Shown: positions 30,495 through 40,960, counted from the stretch's first letter. The stretch is 64,000 bases of DNA from Patescibacteria group bacterium (GCA_029210775.1 JARGGI010000002.1:76478-140477); one strand, 5' to 3'. The notes: a model not told the origin generated them from the letters alone. Numbers and translations: made by a program.

Positions 30495-31481
30495 CTATCT
30501 CTTATACTTATCTTTTATTCGTATAGTATCATTAGGATGCGGAGTTGAATATTCTTGAAGTATTGTATTTTCCAATGCTAAAATTGTGTGTGGTGTACAA
30601 GGCTCAATTCTAATTGTCTTATTTTCTTTTATATTAACTTCTTTATCATCAAATTTAATTATCACCTCTCCAGAAGTTATATGCATTGTTTCATCCTTTT
30701 TTTCGTGTTTATGATGAGATGTTCCTTCATTTTTCATCAAATACAATTCTTTCGTTAAATATTTATCAGTTAATACAATAATTTTTTCATAACCCCATGG
30801 CTTATCTTCTTTGTTTAAATATTCCTCATTTACTCTTTGTAAATCCTTTATTGAATCAACTGATTGCCAAAAAACACCCTCCTTGTAATAATTCATCAAT
30901 CCAGATTTTGCAATTTCTGGAAAAGACAGTTCTTCGACAGAACCTTCTTTGTGTTTAGAAAAAATAGGTTTAATGTCTTTTGATATAATATATATTCCCG
31001 CATTAAGATAATGATCAAGTTTTGGCTTTTCTTTAAATCCGATAATTTTATTTCCCGATAATTCTGCTATACCATAAGGAGAAATGAGAGGTGTAATATA
31101 CATCAGCATCTTATTTTTATGTTGACTTATCATTTCTTTAATATTCACATCGCAAACTACATCGCCATTTCTAATTACATAATCATCGCTCTCAAAATTA
31201 TCAAGCAAATTATTAATAGCATATAAAGTTCCTTTGGGCTCATCTTCAATTAAATAATTAATTTCAACGCCATTCCATTTTTTTCCAAATCTTTCTTGAA
31301 TTTTTTCGTGCAGATATCCGCAAAGCAAAACTACCTGATTTATACCAGCATATTTAAGTTGTAAGATCTGCTTGTCTAAAATTGTATAATCTTTTTTAAT
31401 CTCCAAAAGCGGCTTGGGAATGCGATCAGTCAAAGGCCTCAGCCTCTTTCCAAATCCTCCGCATAAAATTGCTCCGATCAT
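30495..31481 (-). CDS. Sugar-phosphate nucleotidyltransferase with C-terminal cupin domain
   Basis: ILCGGFGKRLRPLT..IPKPL, NGD, EKP; DKPWGYE..HHKH..KDETM cupin. Confidence 0.88.
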   Translation of the reverse strand: MIGAILCGGFGKRLRPLTDRIPKPLLEIKKDYTILDKQILQLKYAGINQVVLLCGYLHEKIQERFGKKWNGVEINYLIEDEPKGTLYAINNLLDNFESDDYVIRNGDVVCDVNIKEMISQHKNKMLMYITPLISPYGIAELSGNKIIGFKEKPKLDHYLNAGIYIISKDIKPIFSKHKEGSVEELSFPEIAKSGLMNYYKEGVFWQSVDSIKDLQRVNEEYLNKEDKPWGYEKIIVLTDKYLTKELYLMKNEGTSHHKHEKKDETMHITSGEVIIKFDDKEVNIKENKTIRIEPCTPHTILALENTILQEYSTPHPNDTIRIKDKYKR

Positions 31482-31555
31482 AATAGTTTTGTTAGTTTTT
31501 AATTATCTATAAATATAAATTTAAAATATCAGATTATGGCAAGCAAGTCAATGAT

Positions 31556-31584
31556 TTGACAAAATTAATTATTTAATTTATAAT
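31556..31584 (+). promoter_or_regulatory. Consensus sigma70 promoter of the glycosyltransferase operon
   Basis: TTGACA-N17-TATAAT. Confidence 0.8.
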
Positions 31585-31700
31585 CCATTGTTATTTAGTT
31601 TAGCTTCAGAGAAGAATATAAGTGATGGGCTTTTATTTCTATCTATATCAAACTAAATGATAATATACTTAATTGGTTTAATGATTTAATTATTATAAAA

Positions 31701-33884
31701 ATGTCAGAAGGACTATCAGTTGTCATACCGACTTACAACAAGAAAAAAAGGATTCATCGTAAAAAGGTCTGTATTATTATACCGACATATAACGAAAAAG
31801 AAAATATTACTAAATTAATAGATGCTCTTTTAGATGTGTTTAAAGACATTAAAAATTTCGAGATGAGTATTTTAGTGGTTGATGACAATTCTCCTGACGG
31901 AACAGGAAAAATAGTTAAGAAATATTCTATTAGCCCCCCCCATTGTCAAATTCATTTATTGAGCGGAAAAAAAGAAGGTCTGGGAAAAGCTTATATTCGC
32001 GGATTTAATTATGCTATTAAAAAACTCAAAGCTGATTTTGTTTTTGAAATGGATGCTGATTTTTCTCATAATCCATCAGACATTCCAAGATTTTTGGAAG
32101 CCGTAGAAAATGGATATGATTTTGTTATCGGCTCAAGATATGTTGAAGGAGGATCTATTCCTAATAATTGGGGAATAGTCAGAAAACTAAATAGCAAAGT
32201 TGGAAATATTTTTGCCCGCTTTATTGCTGGATTGTATCCTATTAAGGATTGCACCGCTGGCTATCGTTGTATCTCTGCAAAGATTATAAAAAAAATAGAT
32301 TTAGAAAATCTAAATGCGACTGGATATTCTTTTTCAATGAATTTCCTTTATGAAGCTATCCGAATTAAGGCAAAAGTTAAAGAAATTCCAGTAGATTTTA
32401 TTGATCGTAAATTTGGCGAATCAAAAATTGGTTTTAGCGATATAAAAGAATTTATAATAAATTCTTTTATATTGCGTTTAAAAAAATCACAAAAGATATT
32501 ATTACTTATTATAACAAGCATATTTTTAGAATGCTTGTTATTTAGCATTGGAACTATTGGCTTAGAACAAATTAATTTTTCTAAACTACTAATAGATTTT
32601 TATATAGCTATCTCGCTTTTAATGTCTGTCCAATGTCTGATGAATCTCTATATGACTTTGTATATTTGGGAAACACCGGAGAGAATGGAAAGAAATAAAT
32701 CTCCTAAGAAATTTTTAAAACCTAAAAAATCATTTTCTATTTTGCTTCCAGCTCGCAATGAGGAACAAGTAATTGGCAATACAATTCAGGGACTTTATAA
32801 TATAAATTATCCTAAAAACCTGATGGAAATTATTGTTATTTGCGAAAAAACAGATACTGGGACAATTCATCAAATAAGACAAAAAATGAATCAGATAAAT
32901 GATGATATTATTAAATTAGTTATTTTTGATGATAAGCCAATTAACAAACCTCACGGATTAAATAAAGGACTTGCGATAGCTAAAAATGAAGTAATTACAA
33001 TTTATGATGCCGAAGATGAAGTAAACCCTGATATTTTTAATGTTATTAATACAGTTATGGCTCAGAACAAAAATGTCGGAATAATACAAAGTGGAGTTCA
33101 GCTAATGAATTACAGCTCAAAGTGGTTTTCTTCTCATAATGTTCTAGAATATTACTTCTGGTTCAAGTCAAGATTGCATTTTCACGCTGATGTTGGAATG
33201 GTGCCATTAGGCGGTAATTCCGTGTTTTTTAAACATAAAATATTAAAGGAAATTAATGGCTGGGATGAAAATTGTTTGACGGAAGATGCTGACATTGGAA
33301 TTCGTTTAAGCACCAAAGGAATAAAGACGATGGTTATTTATGATGATTTATACGCGACAAGAGAAGAAGCGCCTGATACTATAAAATCATTTATAAAACA
33401 GCGCACCCGCTGGGTTCAGGGTTTTCTGCAAGTTTTTCTAAAATTTGACTGGCTACAATATCCAAAATTATCTCAAAAGCTTTTAGCTGTTTATATCTTG
33501 CTTATTCCTTTTTTACAAGCCATAATGATACTAATGCTTCCAGTATCATTGTTTATGATGTTCAAATTTAAATTACCGATTTTATCAACCATAATTCTTA
33601 TTTTGCCAGTATATTTATTGTTTATTCAACTAACTATTAGCTTGATAGGATTATATGAATTTATTAAAATATACAAATTGCGTTTTAATTATTTAACTTT
33701 TTTGGTTTTTGTTATTACATTCTTTCCTTATCAATGGATGTTGGGAATTTCGGCATTAAGAGGATTATTAAGACAAATTGTTGGAAAAAATAATTGGGAA
33801 AAAACAAAACATTTGGGAGCTCATAGAAATATTTATTCTTCAGAGAAAACTATATTAGAAAAAACTTATGAAACTGCAAATTAA
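31701..33884 (+). CDS. Two-domain GT2: DPM1-like polyprenol-phosphate glycosyltransferase fused to a processive CesA-like GT2
   Basis: IPTYNE, DDNSPDGT, EMDADFSH, GSRY (domain 1); LLPARNE, YDAED, TEDAD, KQRTRW plus TM segments (domain 2). Confidence 0.88.
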   Translation: MSEGLSVVIPTYNKKKRIHRKKVCIIIPTYNEKENITKLIDALLDVFKDIKNFEMSILVVDDNSPDGTGKIVKKYSISPPHCQIHLLSGKKEGLGKAYIRGFNYAIKKLKADFVFEMDADFSHNPSDIPRFLEAVENGYDFVIGSRYVEGGSIPNNWGIVRKLNSKVGNIFARFIAGLYPIKDCTAGYRCISAKIIKKIDLENLNATGYSFSMNFLYEAIRIKAKVKEIPVDFIDRKFGESKIGFSDIKEFIINSFILRLKKSQKILLLIITSIFLECLLFSIGTIGLEQINFSKLLIDFYIAISLLMSVQCLMNLYMTLYIWETPERMERNKSPKKFLKPKKSFSILLPARNEEQVIGNTIQGLYNINYPKNLMEIIVICEKTDTGTIHQIRQKMNQINDDIIKLVIFDDKPINKPHGLNKGLAIAKNEVITIYDAEDEVNPDIFNVINTVMAQNKNVGIIQSGVQLMNYSSKWFSSHNVLEYYFWFKSRLHFHADVGMVPLGGNSVFFKHKILKEINGWDENCLTEDADIGIRLSTKGIKTMVIYDDLYATREEAPDTIKSFIKQRTRWVQGFLQVFLKFDWLQYPKLSQKLLAVYILLIPFLQAIMILMLPVSLFMMFKFKLPILSTIILILPVYLLFIQLTISLIGLYEFIKIYKLRFNYLTFLVFVITFFPYQWMLGISALRGLLRQIVGKNNWEKTKHLGAHRNIYSSEKTILEKTYETAN

Positions 33885-36489
33885 ACTAATCTTAAACAAC
33901 ATAAAAAACTTTATTATAAAAAGAAAGGAGTTTTTTGTTATTGTTATTTTATTGTTAATTTCAGGAATAGCTCACGGATATAATATGTTTAACTTTCCTT
34001 ACTACGCAAATGATGAAGGAACATATATGTCTCAAGCATGGGCAGTATTAAATCAAGGAACACTATCGCATTATACTTACTGGTATGACCATTCTCCTGC
34101 AGGATGGTTATTGATTGCTTTATGGACCAAACTAACAGGCGGGTTTTTTACTTTTGGCATATCAATAAATTCAGGCAGAGTTTTAATGCTGGTTTTGCAT
34201 TTGTTTTCAACTTTTTTTCTTTTTAAGATAGCCAAGAAAATGACTGGAAGTATATATGCCGGGTTTTTTTCTGCTTTGATTTTTGCCTTGTCTCCATTGG
34301 GAATTTATTTTCAAAGAAGAGTGCTACTTGATAATATTATGGTGTTTTGGCTTTTAATGTCACTACATTTAATTCTTTGTTTTAAGAAGAGATTATTAAT
34401 AATAGTTTTCAGCGCTATAACTTTTGCTTTATCAGTATTATCAAAAGAAAGTGGGATTTTTTTCTTGCCAGTAATGTTATATTTGGTTTTTATTCAAACT
34501 GATAAACAACACAAGCGATTAGGGCTTATTCTTTGGATTGTTTTATTCGGATTAATTTGTTCCTCATATCCTCTCTATGCCTTTTTAAAAGGAGAACTAT
34601 TTCCGATGGGTTCAATATTTGACTCAGGCGGAGAACATGTAAGTTTAATTGAAACTTTAATTTGGCAAGCTACAAGAGAAGGGGAAATGATTTTAGATTT
34701 GCCAAGACGATGGCTTAATGCTGATATACTTACGATTCTCTTAGGAATTATAACTATTTTTATAAACCTTTTAATAGGAATAAAGAAAAAATATTACATG
34801 ATTACTGCCTTATTGTCACTTTCTTATATTTTTTATTTAATAAGAGGAGGATTAGTATTAGAATTTTACATTATTGGTCTTATTCCATTTCTTGCTTTAA
34901 ATGTAGGATCGTTTGTTTATTTTTTAATAGGGAAAATAAACAATGTTAAATTAAGATATTTTCTTGTTTTGTTTTTGTCTTTGTTTTTTTCTTGTTATTT
35001 AATAAATGAGGGTAAAAGCATTAAAAGCTCTTTGACAGAAGAAGATAATTTATATCTATCAAACCAAACTATAAGTCAAATAGAAGCATTAAATTGGTCA
35101 AAAGCAAATATTACGAACGATAGAATGATAGTTATTGATAATTATTGTTATATAGACCTAAAAGATAGCTATGCAACCACTATTCCTTATAAAAAAGCTC
35201 ATTGGTATTGGAAGGTAGCAAAAGATCCCGAAATTAGAGATTCGTTTTTGAAAAATAACTGGCAAAACATTGATTATATCCTTTCAACTCCACAGATGGA
35301 AAATGATCTTAAAACTATGGATTCTAAACTTTTACAAGAGTCTTTTAGTTATTCAAGACCAATAAAAAAGTTTTGGTCAAATGGCTGGGGAGTAAATGTT
35401 TGGAAAATATATAATCCAAAACAAATCCTTGAAGAATCTTGGCAAAGCTACAAAACCCATTTTATAACTTCTGAAAATAAAATAACTGATCCTTACAATA
35501 ATAATTCCACCACATCCGAAGGGCAATCTTACGCTATGTTGCGAGCGGTTTGGATGGACGATAAAGAAACTTTTGACAATGTTCTTGGCTGGACAAATGA
35601 AAATCTAAAATTAACAAATAGCAATCTCTTTGCTTGGTCATGGATTCAAGATGATGATGGCAAATGGGGAATAAGAGACGAAGGCACAGCAACAGACGCT
35701 GATCAAGATATTGCCTTAGCGTTATTATTTGCTTACAAAAAATGGGATAATGCCACATATTTAGAACAAGCTAAAAAAATAATAAGCGACATTTGGGATT
35801 ACGAAGTTGTAGAAATTCAAAAAAAACATTATTTAACCGCTGGCAATTGGACATCAACAAAAAAAGATATTGTTATAAATCCTTCTTATTTAGCTCCTTA
35901 CGCTTATCGCATATTCGCGGAAATTGATCCTTCGCATAATTGGATGGAGTTAGTGAACACTTCTTACGATATTTTATATAACAGTTCCGAATCCTTATTG
36001 GGATATAATAAAAGCATTGGACTACCGCCGAATTGGTGCGCTATAAATCCCGATGAAGAAATAATATCCGCCGAGCACCTTGGAGATTTTTCGCGGGATT
36101 ATTCTTATGACGCAATTAGAACGCCATGGAGAATTGCTCTTGATTATCAATGGAATAAAGAACCACGCGCTAAAAAATATTTAGAATCCTTAGAATTTTT
36201 AAATAAAGAATGGCTGGAAAAGAAAAAAATATCAGCTTCTTATAGTCACGATGGCGAGCATTGGGAAAATTATGAATCAACTGCGTCTTATGGAACTAAT
36301 TTAGGATACTTTATTATTACTAATCCCGAAACAGCTCAAGAAATTTACGAAGAGAAAATATTAGGAAAATATTTTGAAGATGAAGAAAAAAGCTATTGGA
36401 ACGATCCGAAAAATTATTATGAACAGAACTGGGGATGGTTCGGAACGGCATTATACGCTGACAAATTGCCAAATCTTTGGAATCAATAA
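33868..36489 (+). CDS. GT-C (PMT/ArnT-like) membrane glycosyltransferase fused to a GH8 glycoside hydrolase
   Basis: DEGTY...YDHSP plus multiple TM segments; GH8 motifs TSEGQSYAML, ATDADQDIA, NPSY, YDAIRTPW. Confidence 0.85.
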   Translation: MKLQIKLILNNIKNFIIKRKEFFVIVILLLISGIAHGYNMFNFPYYANDEGTYMSQAWAVLNQGTLSHYTYWYDHSPAGWLLIALWTKLTGGFFTFGISINSGRVLMLVLHLFSTFFLFKIAKKMTGSIYAGFFSALIFALSPLGIYFQRRVLLDNIMVFWLLMSLHLILCFKKRLLIIVFSAITFALSVLSKESGIFFLPVMLYLVFIQTDKQHKRLGLILWIVLFGLICSSYPLYAFLKGELFPMGSIFDSGGEHVSLIETLIWQATREGEMILDLPRRWLNADILTILLGIITIFINLLIGIKKKYYMITALLSLSYIFYLIRGGLVLEFYIIGLIPFLALNVGSFVYFLIGKINNVKLRYFLVLFLSLFFSCYLINEGKSIKSSLTEEDNLYLSNQTISQIEALNWSKANITNDRMIVIDNYCYIDLKDSYATTIPYKKAHWYWKVAKDPEIRDSFLKNNWQNIDYILSTPQMENDLKTMDSKLLQESFSYSRPIKKFWSNGWGVNVWKIYNPKQILEESWQSYKTHFITSENKITDPYNNNSTTSEGQSYAMLRAVWMDDKETFDNVLGWTNENLKLTNSNLFAWSWIQDDDGKWGIRDEGTATDADQDIALALLFAYKKWDNATYLEQAKKIISDIWDYEVVEIQKKHYLTAGNWTSTKKDIVINPSYLAPYAYRIFAEIDPSHNWMELVNTSYDILYNSSESLLGYNKSIGLPPNWCAINPDEEIISAEHLGDFSRDYSYDAIRTPWRIALDYQWNKEPRAKKYLESLEFLNKEWLEKKKISASYSHDGEHWENYESTASYGTNLGYFIITNPETAQEIYEEKILGKYFEDEEKSYWNDPKNYYEQNWGWFGTALYADKLPNLWNQ

Positions 36490-36500
36490 AAATAAGCATT

Positions 36501-36926
36501 ATGAATCAACAAACATTGAGATTTACAAAATTTTGTATAGTTGGAGGAAGTGGAGTAATAGTTAATCTGGGACTTCTGTTTGTTCTTGTTGAATATTTTT
36601 ATTTAGGTGAAAATTTAGCATGGTTAATCGCAATACTGGCGTCAATACTTAATAATTTTCTATGGAACAATGCTTTCACTTACAATGATCGCAGATCTAA
36701 TTCTCACAATGAAACTATGCGAAGAATTGTTTATTATTATCTAATATCTTTAGGTGTTATGCTGTTTAATTTTGCAATTTATAAAATAGGAATATCTTGG
36801 GGTTTTTATTATATTTTGTCTGCCTTTATGGGAATATTTTTTTCCACTTTCTTAAATTTTGCGTTAATAAATAAATTGGTTTGGAATAATAGTTTGACAA
36901 AAGTTCAAATAAAAAATAGAACATAG
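36501..36926 (+). CDS. GtrA family protein (putative lipid-sugar flippase)
   Basis: KFCIVGGSGVIVNL, NNFLWN..FT, 4 TM segments; start set at MNQQ. Confidence 0.85.
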   Translation: MNQQTLRFTKFCIVGGSGVIVNLGLLFVLVEYFYLGENLAWLIAILASILNNFLWNNAFTYNDRRSNSHNETMRRIVYYYLISLGVMLFNFAIYKIGISWGFYYILSAFMGIFFSTFLNFALINKLVWNNSLTKVQIKNRT

Positions 36927-36976
36927 AAAGATTAAAAAAAATAATACAGAAAAACACTTTTTGTATTAACACAATT

Positions 36977-37019
36977 AAACAAAAAAAATGATTTCTATTT
37001 AGGAATCATTTTTTTGTTG
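36977..37019. terminator. Bidirectional terminator
   Basis: aacaaaaaaaatgatttct-attt-aggaatcatttttttgtt between convergent genes. Confidence 0.65.
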
Positions 37020-37121
37020 TTAATTTAATTCTCATAACTTAAATTGATAATAAAATATACTTTTAAATCTCAGATTATATTTATTAATCAACTTTTCTAT
37101 GGTTTTTTGTTTTTTCTAAAC

Positions 37122-38486
37122 CTACTTCTTAATAAACTCCGCCACTTCCTTCACTTTTTTCTCCATCAACTCCTTCGTCTTCGCTTCCAAATTTAATCTA
37201 ATCAAAGGCTCTGTATTTGACCCGCGCAAATTGAACCACAAATCGGAATATTCAACAGTTACGCCATCTAATTTATTTATCTCGCCGTCGCTAAATTTTT
37301 CCTCCGCTTCTTTTAATTTTTTCGCTACATTGGCCACTTTAAAATTTATCTCGCCCGAATGAAAATACTTTTTATATGACTGAACGATTTCAGAAAATGC
37401 CATATTTTTCCCAGAAAGAAACTCCAAAAATTTCGCCATTAAAATTACCGGCATTTCAAAAGTGCCGTAAGGTTTCTTATAAAAATAGTGCCCCGAAGAT
37501 TCTCCTCCAAAAATCGCCTCATTTTTTATCATTATTTCTTTGATCAAAGAATGTCCAACCGGCGTAACAATTGATTTTCCGCCCATCTCCTCAATCATAT
37601 CTTTGGTAATTCTTCCCGGCCTAATGTCATAAGCAACGGTCGCTCCTGAATTTTCAGCAAGCTCTATTTGCGCCATAATACCGCGCAATATTTCTTGCCT
37701 TAAAGAATTACCATTTTCGTCAACAAAAAAATACCGATCGGCATCGCCGTCTATTGCAACGCCAAAATCAGCTTTATTTTCAATGACTTTTTGCCTTAAC
37801 AGTTCAAGATTTTCTTCTTTAAGAGGATCCGCCTCGTGAGAAGGAAAATTTCCATCAAGTTTAAAATTAATTTTTATTAATTCCGCCGGAACTTTTTTAA
37901 AAAATTCTTCCATATCAAGAGCCCCCATAGAATTTGCCGCGTCAACAACTATTTTGAATTTTTTTATTTTTGTAATATCTATATCAGCCAGTTGATTGCT
38001 GACAAGTTCCTGTAAAATATTTTCTTTTTTAATAATTTCTCCCTCTTCTTTCCTTGCTCTAAAATCATTTTCTAAAATGATATTTTTAATTTCCATAATT
38101 CCCGTATCTTTGCTAATTGGCAATGAATTATTTTTTACCATTTTAAAACCATTATACTCTTTTGGATTATGAGATGCTGAAACCTGAATTCCTCCATCAT
38201 ATTTATAAAATCCGACAGCAAAATAAAATGTAGGCGTACTAACCAAACCAACATCAACCACATTTAAACCACTCTCAATTAATCCTCTAATTAGCTCTTT
38301 CTTTAAAGTTGGAGAAGAAAGGCGCATATCAGATCCAATAACAATATTTTTTGCTTTGGGATTATCTCTTAAAATAAAAGTTGCATATCCCCTGCCTAAA
38401 TTATAAGCAAACTCTTCATTAAGTTGAGTTGGATAAATTCCCCGAATATCATATGCTTTAAAAATTGATTCATTTATTTTATTCAT
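37122..38486 (-). CDS. Phosphomannomutase/phosphoglucomutase
   Basis: FKAYDIRG, SASHNP, DGDADR, GESSGH. Confidence 0.95.
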   Translation of the reverse strand: MNKINESIFKAYDIRGIYPTQLNEEFAYNLGRGYATFILRDNPKAKNIVIGSDMRLSSPTLKKELIRGLIESGLNVVDVGLVSTPTFYFAVGFYKYDGGIQVSASHNPKEYNGFKMVKNNSLPISKDTGIMEIKNIILENDFRARKEEGEIIKKENILQELVSNQLADIDITKIKKFKIVVDAANSMGALDMEEFFKKVPAELIKINFKLDGNFPSHEADPLKEENLELLRQKVIENKADFGVAIDGDADRYFFVDENGNSLRQEILRGIMAQIELAENSGATVAYDIRPGRITKDMIEEMGGKSIVTPVGHSLIKEIMIKNEAIFGGESSGHYFYKKPYGTFEMPVILMAKFLEFLSGKNMAFSEIVQSYKKYFHSGEINFKVANVAKKLKEAEEKFSDGEINKLDGVTVEYSDLWFNLRGSNTEPLIRLNLEAKTKELMEKKVKEVAEFIKK

Positions 38487-38489
38487 AAA

Positions 38490-39116
38490 TTAATCTCTTA
38501 AATTATTTATAATACCCTCAAGCTTATTTAAATCCTGAATTATATAATTCGTAAGTTCTGATTTTGTTTCTGTGTGTCCTCCTTGTGCTCTTATCATTTT
38601 CATTGCTATAACATTTGGTAATCTTTTTTTTACATCATCAATGGCTTTCGCTTTATCTTCTATAAAAACTATACTTCCATTATATTTTTTTTGAATTTCT
38701 TCCATATCATCAGCTTTATTTCTTGAAGTAATTATAATTTCACTAAAATATTTTGAAATTCCAGAATTTTCAATCTTTGTTTTTTGAAATTCAGTAGTTC
38801 CAAAAGATAATAGAATAAGTTTCTCTTTTTTAAAACTTGAAACAAAATCAAAAAAATCCCGATAAACGAATTCGTTTGATTTATTGATTATAAAATCAAT
38901 CTTTTTATTTATCTCTTCCTTATTAAAATTTTTTAAACTGTAAATTAAATCTACAAAAATATCTTTATCAAAATCACCTATTTTTTTCTTACACTGTCTA
39001 TAAACATCCCAAAATTGTTCTTCATTAAAACCCTCTATAAGAAATATTTTTAGAAATTCCTGCATTAATCCATATGTATTAAAAATTGTATCATCAAAAT
39101 CTAAAACTATTTTCAT
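38490..39116 (-). CDS. HAD-superfamily hydrolase
   Basis: DFDDT motif I, FIEDK. Confidence 0.8.
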   Translation of the reverse strand: MKIVLDFDDTIFNTYGLMQEFLKIFLIEGFNEEQFWDVYRQCKKKIGDFDKDIFVDLIYSLKNFNKEEINKKIDFIINKSNEFVYRDFFDFVSSFKKEKLILLSFGTTEFQKTKIENSGISKYFSEIIITSRNKADDMEEIQKKYNGSIVFIEDKAKAIDDVKKRLPNVIAMKMIRAQGGHTETKSELTNYIIQDLNKLEGIINNLRD

Positions 39117-39751
39117 TATTTTTCTTTCGTTGTTAATTTTTTAATTATTTTTTCTGCTTGTGACAAATTTTTCACTACAAAATTTGTTTTCTCTGACTTT
39201 ATTATAGAATAGACCCCCCTTAGTCTTTCAATTTTTATCGTCACTATCCCTGTTAACAATTTTTCTGCTTGATCAATTTCAGAAGCCTTGTCATCTATAA
39301 AAAACAATCTTTCTATTGAATATTTTCTATAAATTGATTCCAGCTTTTCCATCTTATTATCGGTTATATATATCTTATCAAAAAAATTATTTACTTTTGA
39401 ATTTTTAATTTTCTTCTTTTGAAGAGATGTTAATCCAAATGAAAGAAGAATTAGGTCTTTTTTATTGAAATTATTAAAAAATTTATAAAAATCAGGATAG
39501 ATAAAATTTTCAGAATTTTTCAATAACGACGCGATTTCTGCTGTGACTCCCATTTTATTATCAAAATCAAGATTTATAAGCAAATCAATAATTTCTTTTT
39601 GATTAAAATCTGATTTTTTTTCTTTTGCTTTTTTGTAAATTTCTTTAAATTCAGCAGATTTATATCCAGCTTTCTTTAAGTTATTCAAAAGCGTTTGGGT
39701 TAGTTTATATGTATCAAAAATTGTATCATCAAACCCTATGACTATTTTCAT
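39116..39751 (-). CDS. HAD-fold paralog with a degenerate motif I
   Basis: GFDDT, LLSFG, FIDDK; similar to its neighbour. Confidence 0.75.
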   Translation of the reverse strand: MKIVIGFDDTIFDTYKLTQTLLNNLKKAGYKSAEFKEIYKKAKEKKSDFNQKEIIDLLINLDFDNKMGVTAEIASLLKNSENFIYPDFYKFFNNFNKKDLILLSFGLTSLQKKKIKNSKVNNFFDKIYITDNKMEKLESIYRKYSIERLFFIDDKASEIDQAEKLLTGIVTIKIERLRGVYSIIKSEKTNFVVKNLSQAEKIIKKLTTKEK

Positions 39752-39760
39752 TGTTTTTTC

Positions 39761-40960
39761 TTAGTTTTTAGTTAAATCTGATTTAATTATATCTCCTGGT
39801 AATGTCCATACGTTGGGACTTATTTTTACTCCTGGATAAAATGAAGTATGAATCCCAGTTTTTACATTATCACCGATCACAACACCAAGTTTTTGTCTCC
39901 CAGAATCAATTAAATTTTCATTTAATTTAGATTTTATACTTTTCCAATCGTGACGTAAATTAGCCGTAATCGTCCCCGCTCCCAAATTACAATTATCACC
40001 AATGACAGAATCTCCGACATAAGAAAGATGTGCGACATTCGTGTTATCGCCAATAATAGAATTTTTTATTTCCACCGCTTGACCAATATGAGAATTATTT
40101 CCGATAACCGTAAAAGCACGTAAATAACAATTCGGACCGATTACGCAATTCTCACCAATCATCACAGGTCCTTCTAAGTAGCTTCCTGATTTAATAATTG
40201 TGTTTTTCCCAATAATAATTTTTCCCTTTAAAATTGCTCCCTTTTCAATGTTGGTTTTCTTATTTATTTTAGATTTTATTCTATTTAGAATAAATTCATT
40301 TGCTTCTATAATATTCCACGGATATGAAATGGGAAGCCAATAATCTTCCACTTGAACAATATTAATTTTTTCCTTTTTTGCCATCAAATTATATGCATCT
40401 GTTAGCTCATATTCCCCTCTTTCAGATATACTTATTTCATCAAGAACATTAAAAATATTTTTTGAAAAAACAAAACAACCAATATTTACTAAATCTGAAA
40501 CAAATTTTTTTGGTTTTTCAACTACTTCACAAAAAAAATTATTTTTTGTCTTTAAAACTCCAAAACATTCAGGATTATTAACTTTCTGAGCAAGTATCGC
40601 ATTTTTATGCTTTAATAAGTTTTTTATATCTTTTCTACTATAAAGATCATCCCCAAACATTAAAATAAAATTGCTTTTAATAAACTTTTTAACTAACTTC
40701 AAGGCATCTGCGTTTCCTAATTGCTCATTTTGAATTATATAGTTAATTTTAATTTTTCCAAACTTATTTCCTAAAAAGTTTTCAATCATATCAGCTTTAT
40801 ATCCAACTACAATAAACACTTCATCTACAAAACTTTCTAGTTGCTTCAGGCTATGTTCAATAATGGTTTTGTTCGCCACTTTCAAAAGAGGCTTTGGTTT
40901 GGTTAAAGTTAAAGGATATGTCCTAGTTGACTTTCCAGCTGCTAAAATTACTGCTTGCAT
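39761..40960 (-). CDS. Bifunctional sugar-1-phosphate nucleotidylyltransferase/acetyltransferase (archaeal-type GlmU-like)
   Basis: ILAAGKSTRTYPLT..KPKPL, SERGEYELTD, hexapeptide repeats, HLSYVGDS, ANLRHD. Confidence 0.88.
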   Translation of the reverse strand: MQAVILAAGKSTRTYPLTLTKPKPLLKVANKTIIEHSLKQLESFVDEVFIVVGYKADMIENFLGNKFGKIKINYIIQNEQLGNADALKLVKKFIKSNFILMFGDDLYSRKDIKNLLKHKNAILAQKVNNPECFGVLKTKNNFFCEVVEKPKKFVSDLVNIGCFVFSKNIFNVLDEISISERGEYELTDAYNLMAKKEKINIVQVEDYWLPISYPWNIIEANEFILNRIKSKINKKTNIEKGAILKGKIIIGKNTIIKSGSYLEGPVMIGENCVIGPNCYLRAFTVIGNNSHIGQAVEIKNSIIGDNTNVAHLSYVGDSVIGDNCNLGAGTITANLRHDWKSIKSKLNENLIDSGRQKLGVVIGDNVKTGIHTSFYPGVKISPNVWTLPGDIIKSDLTKN

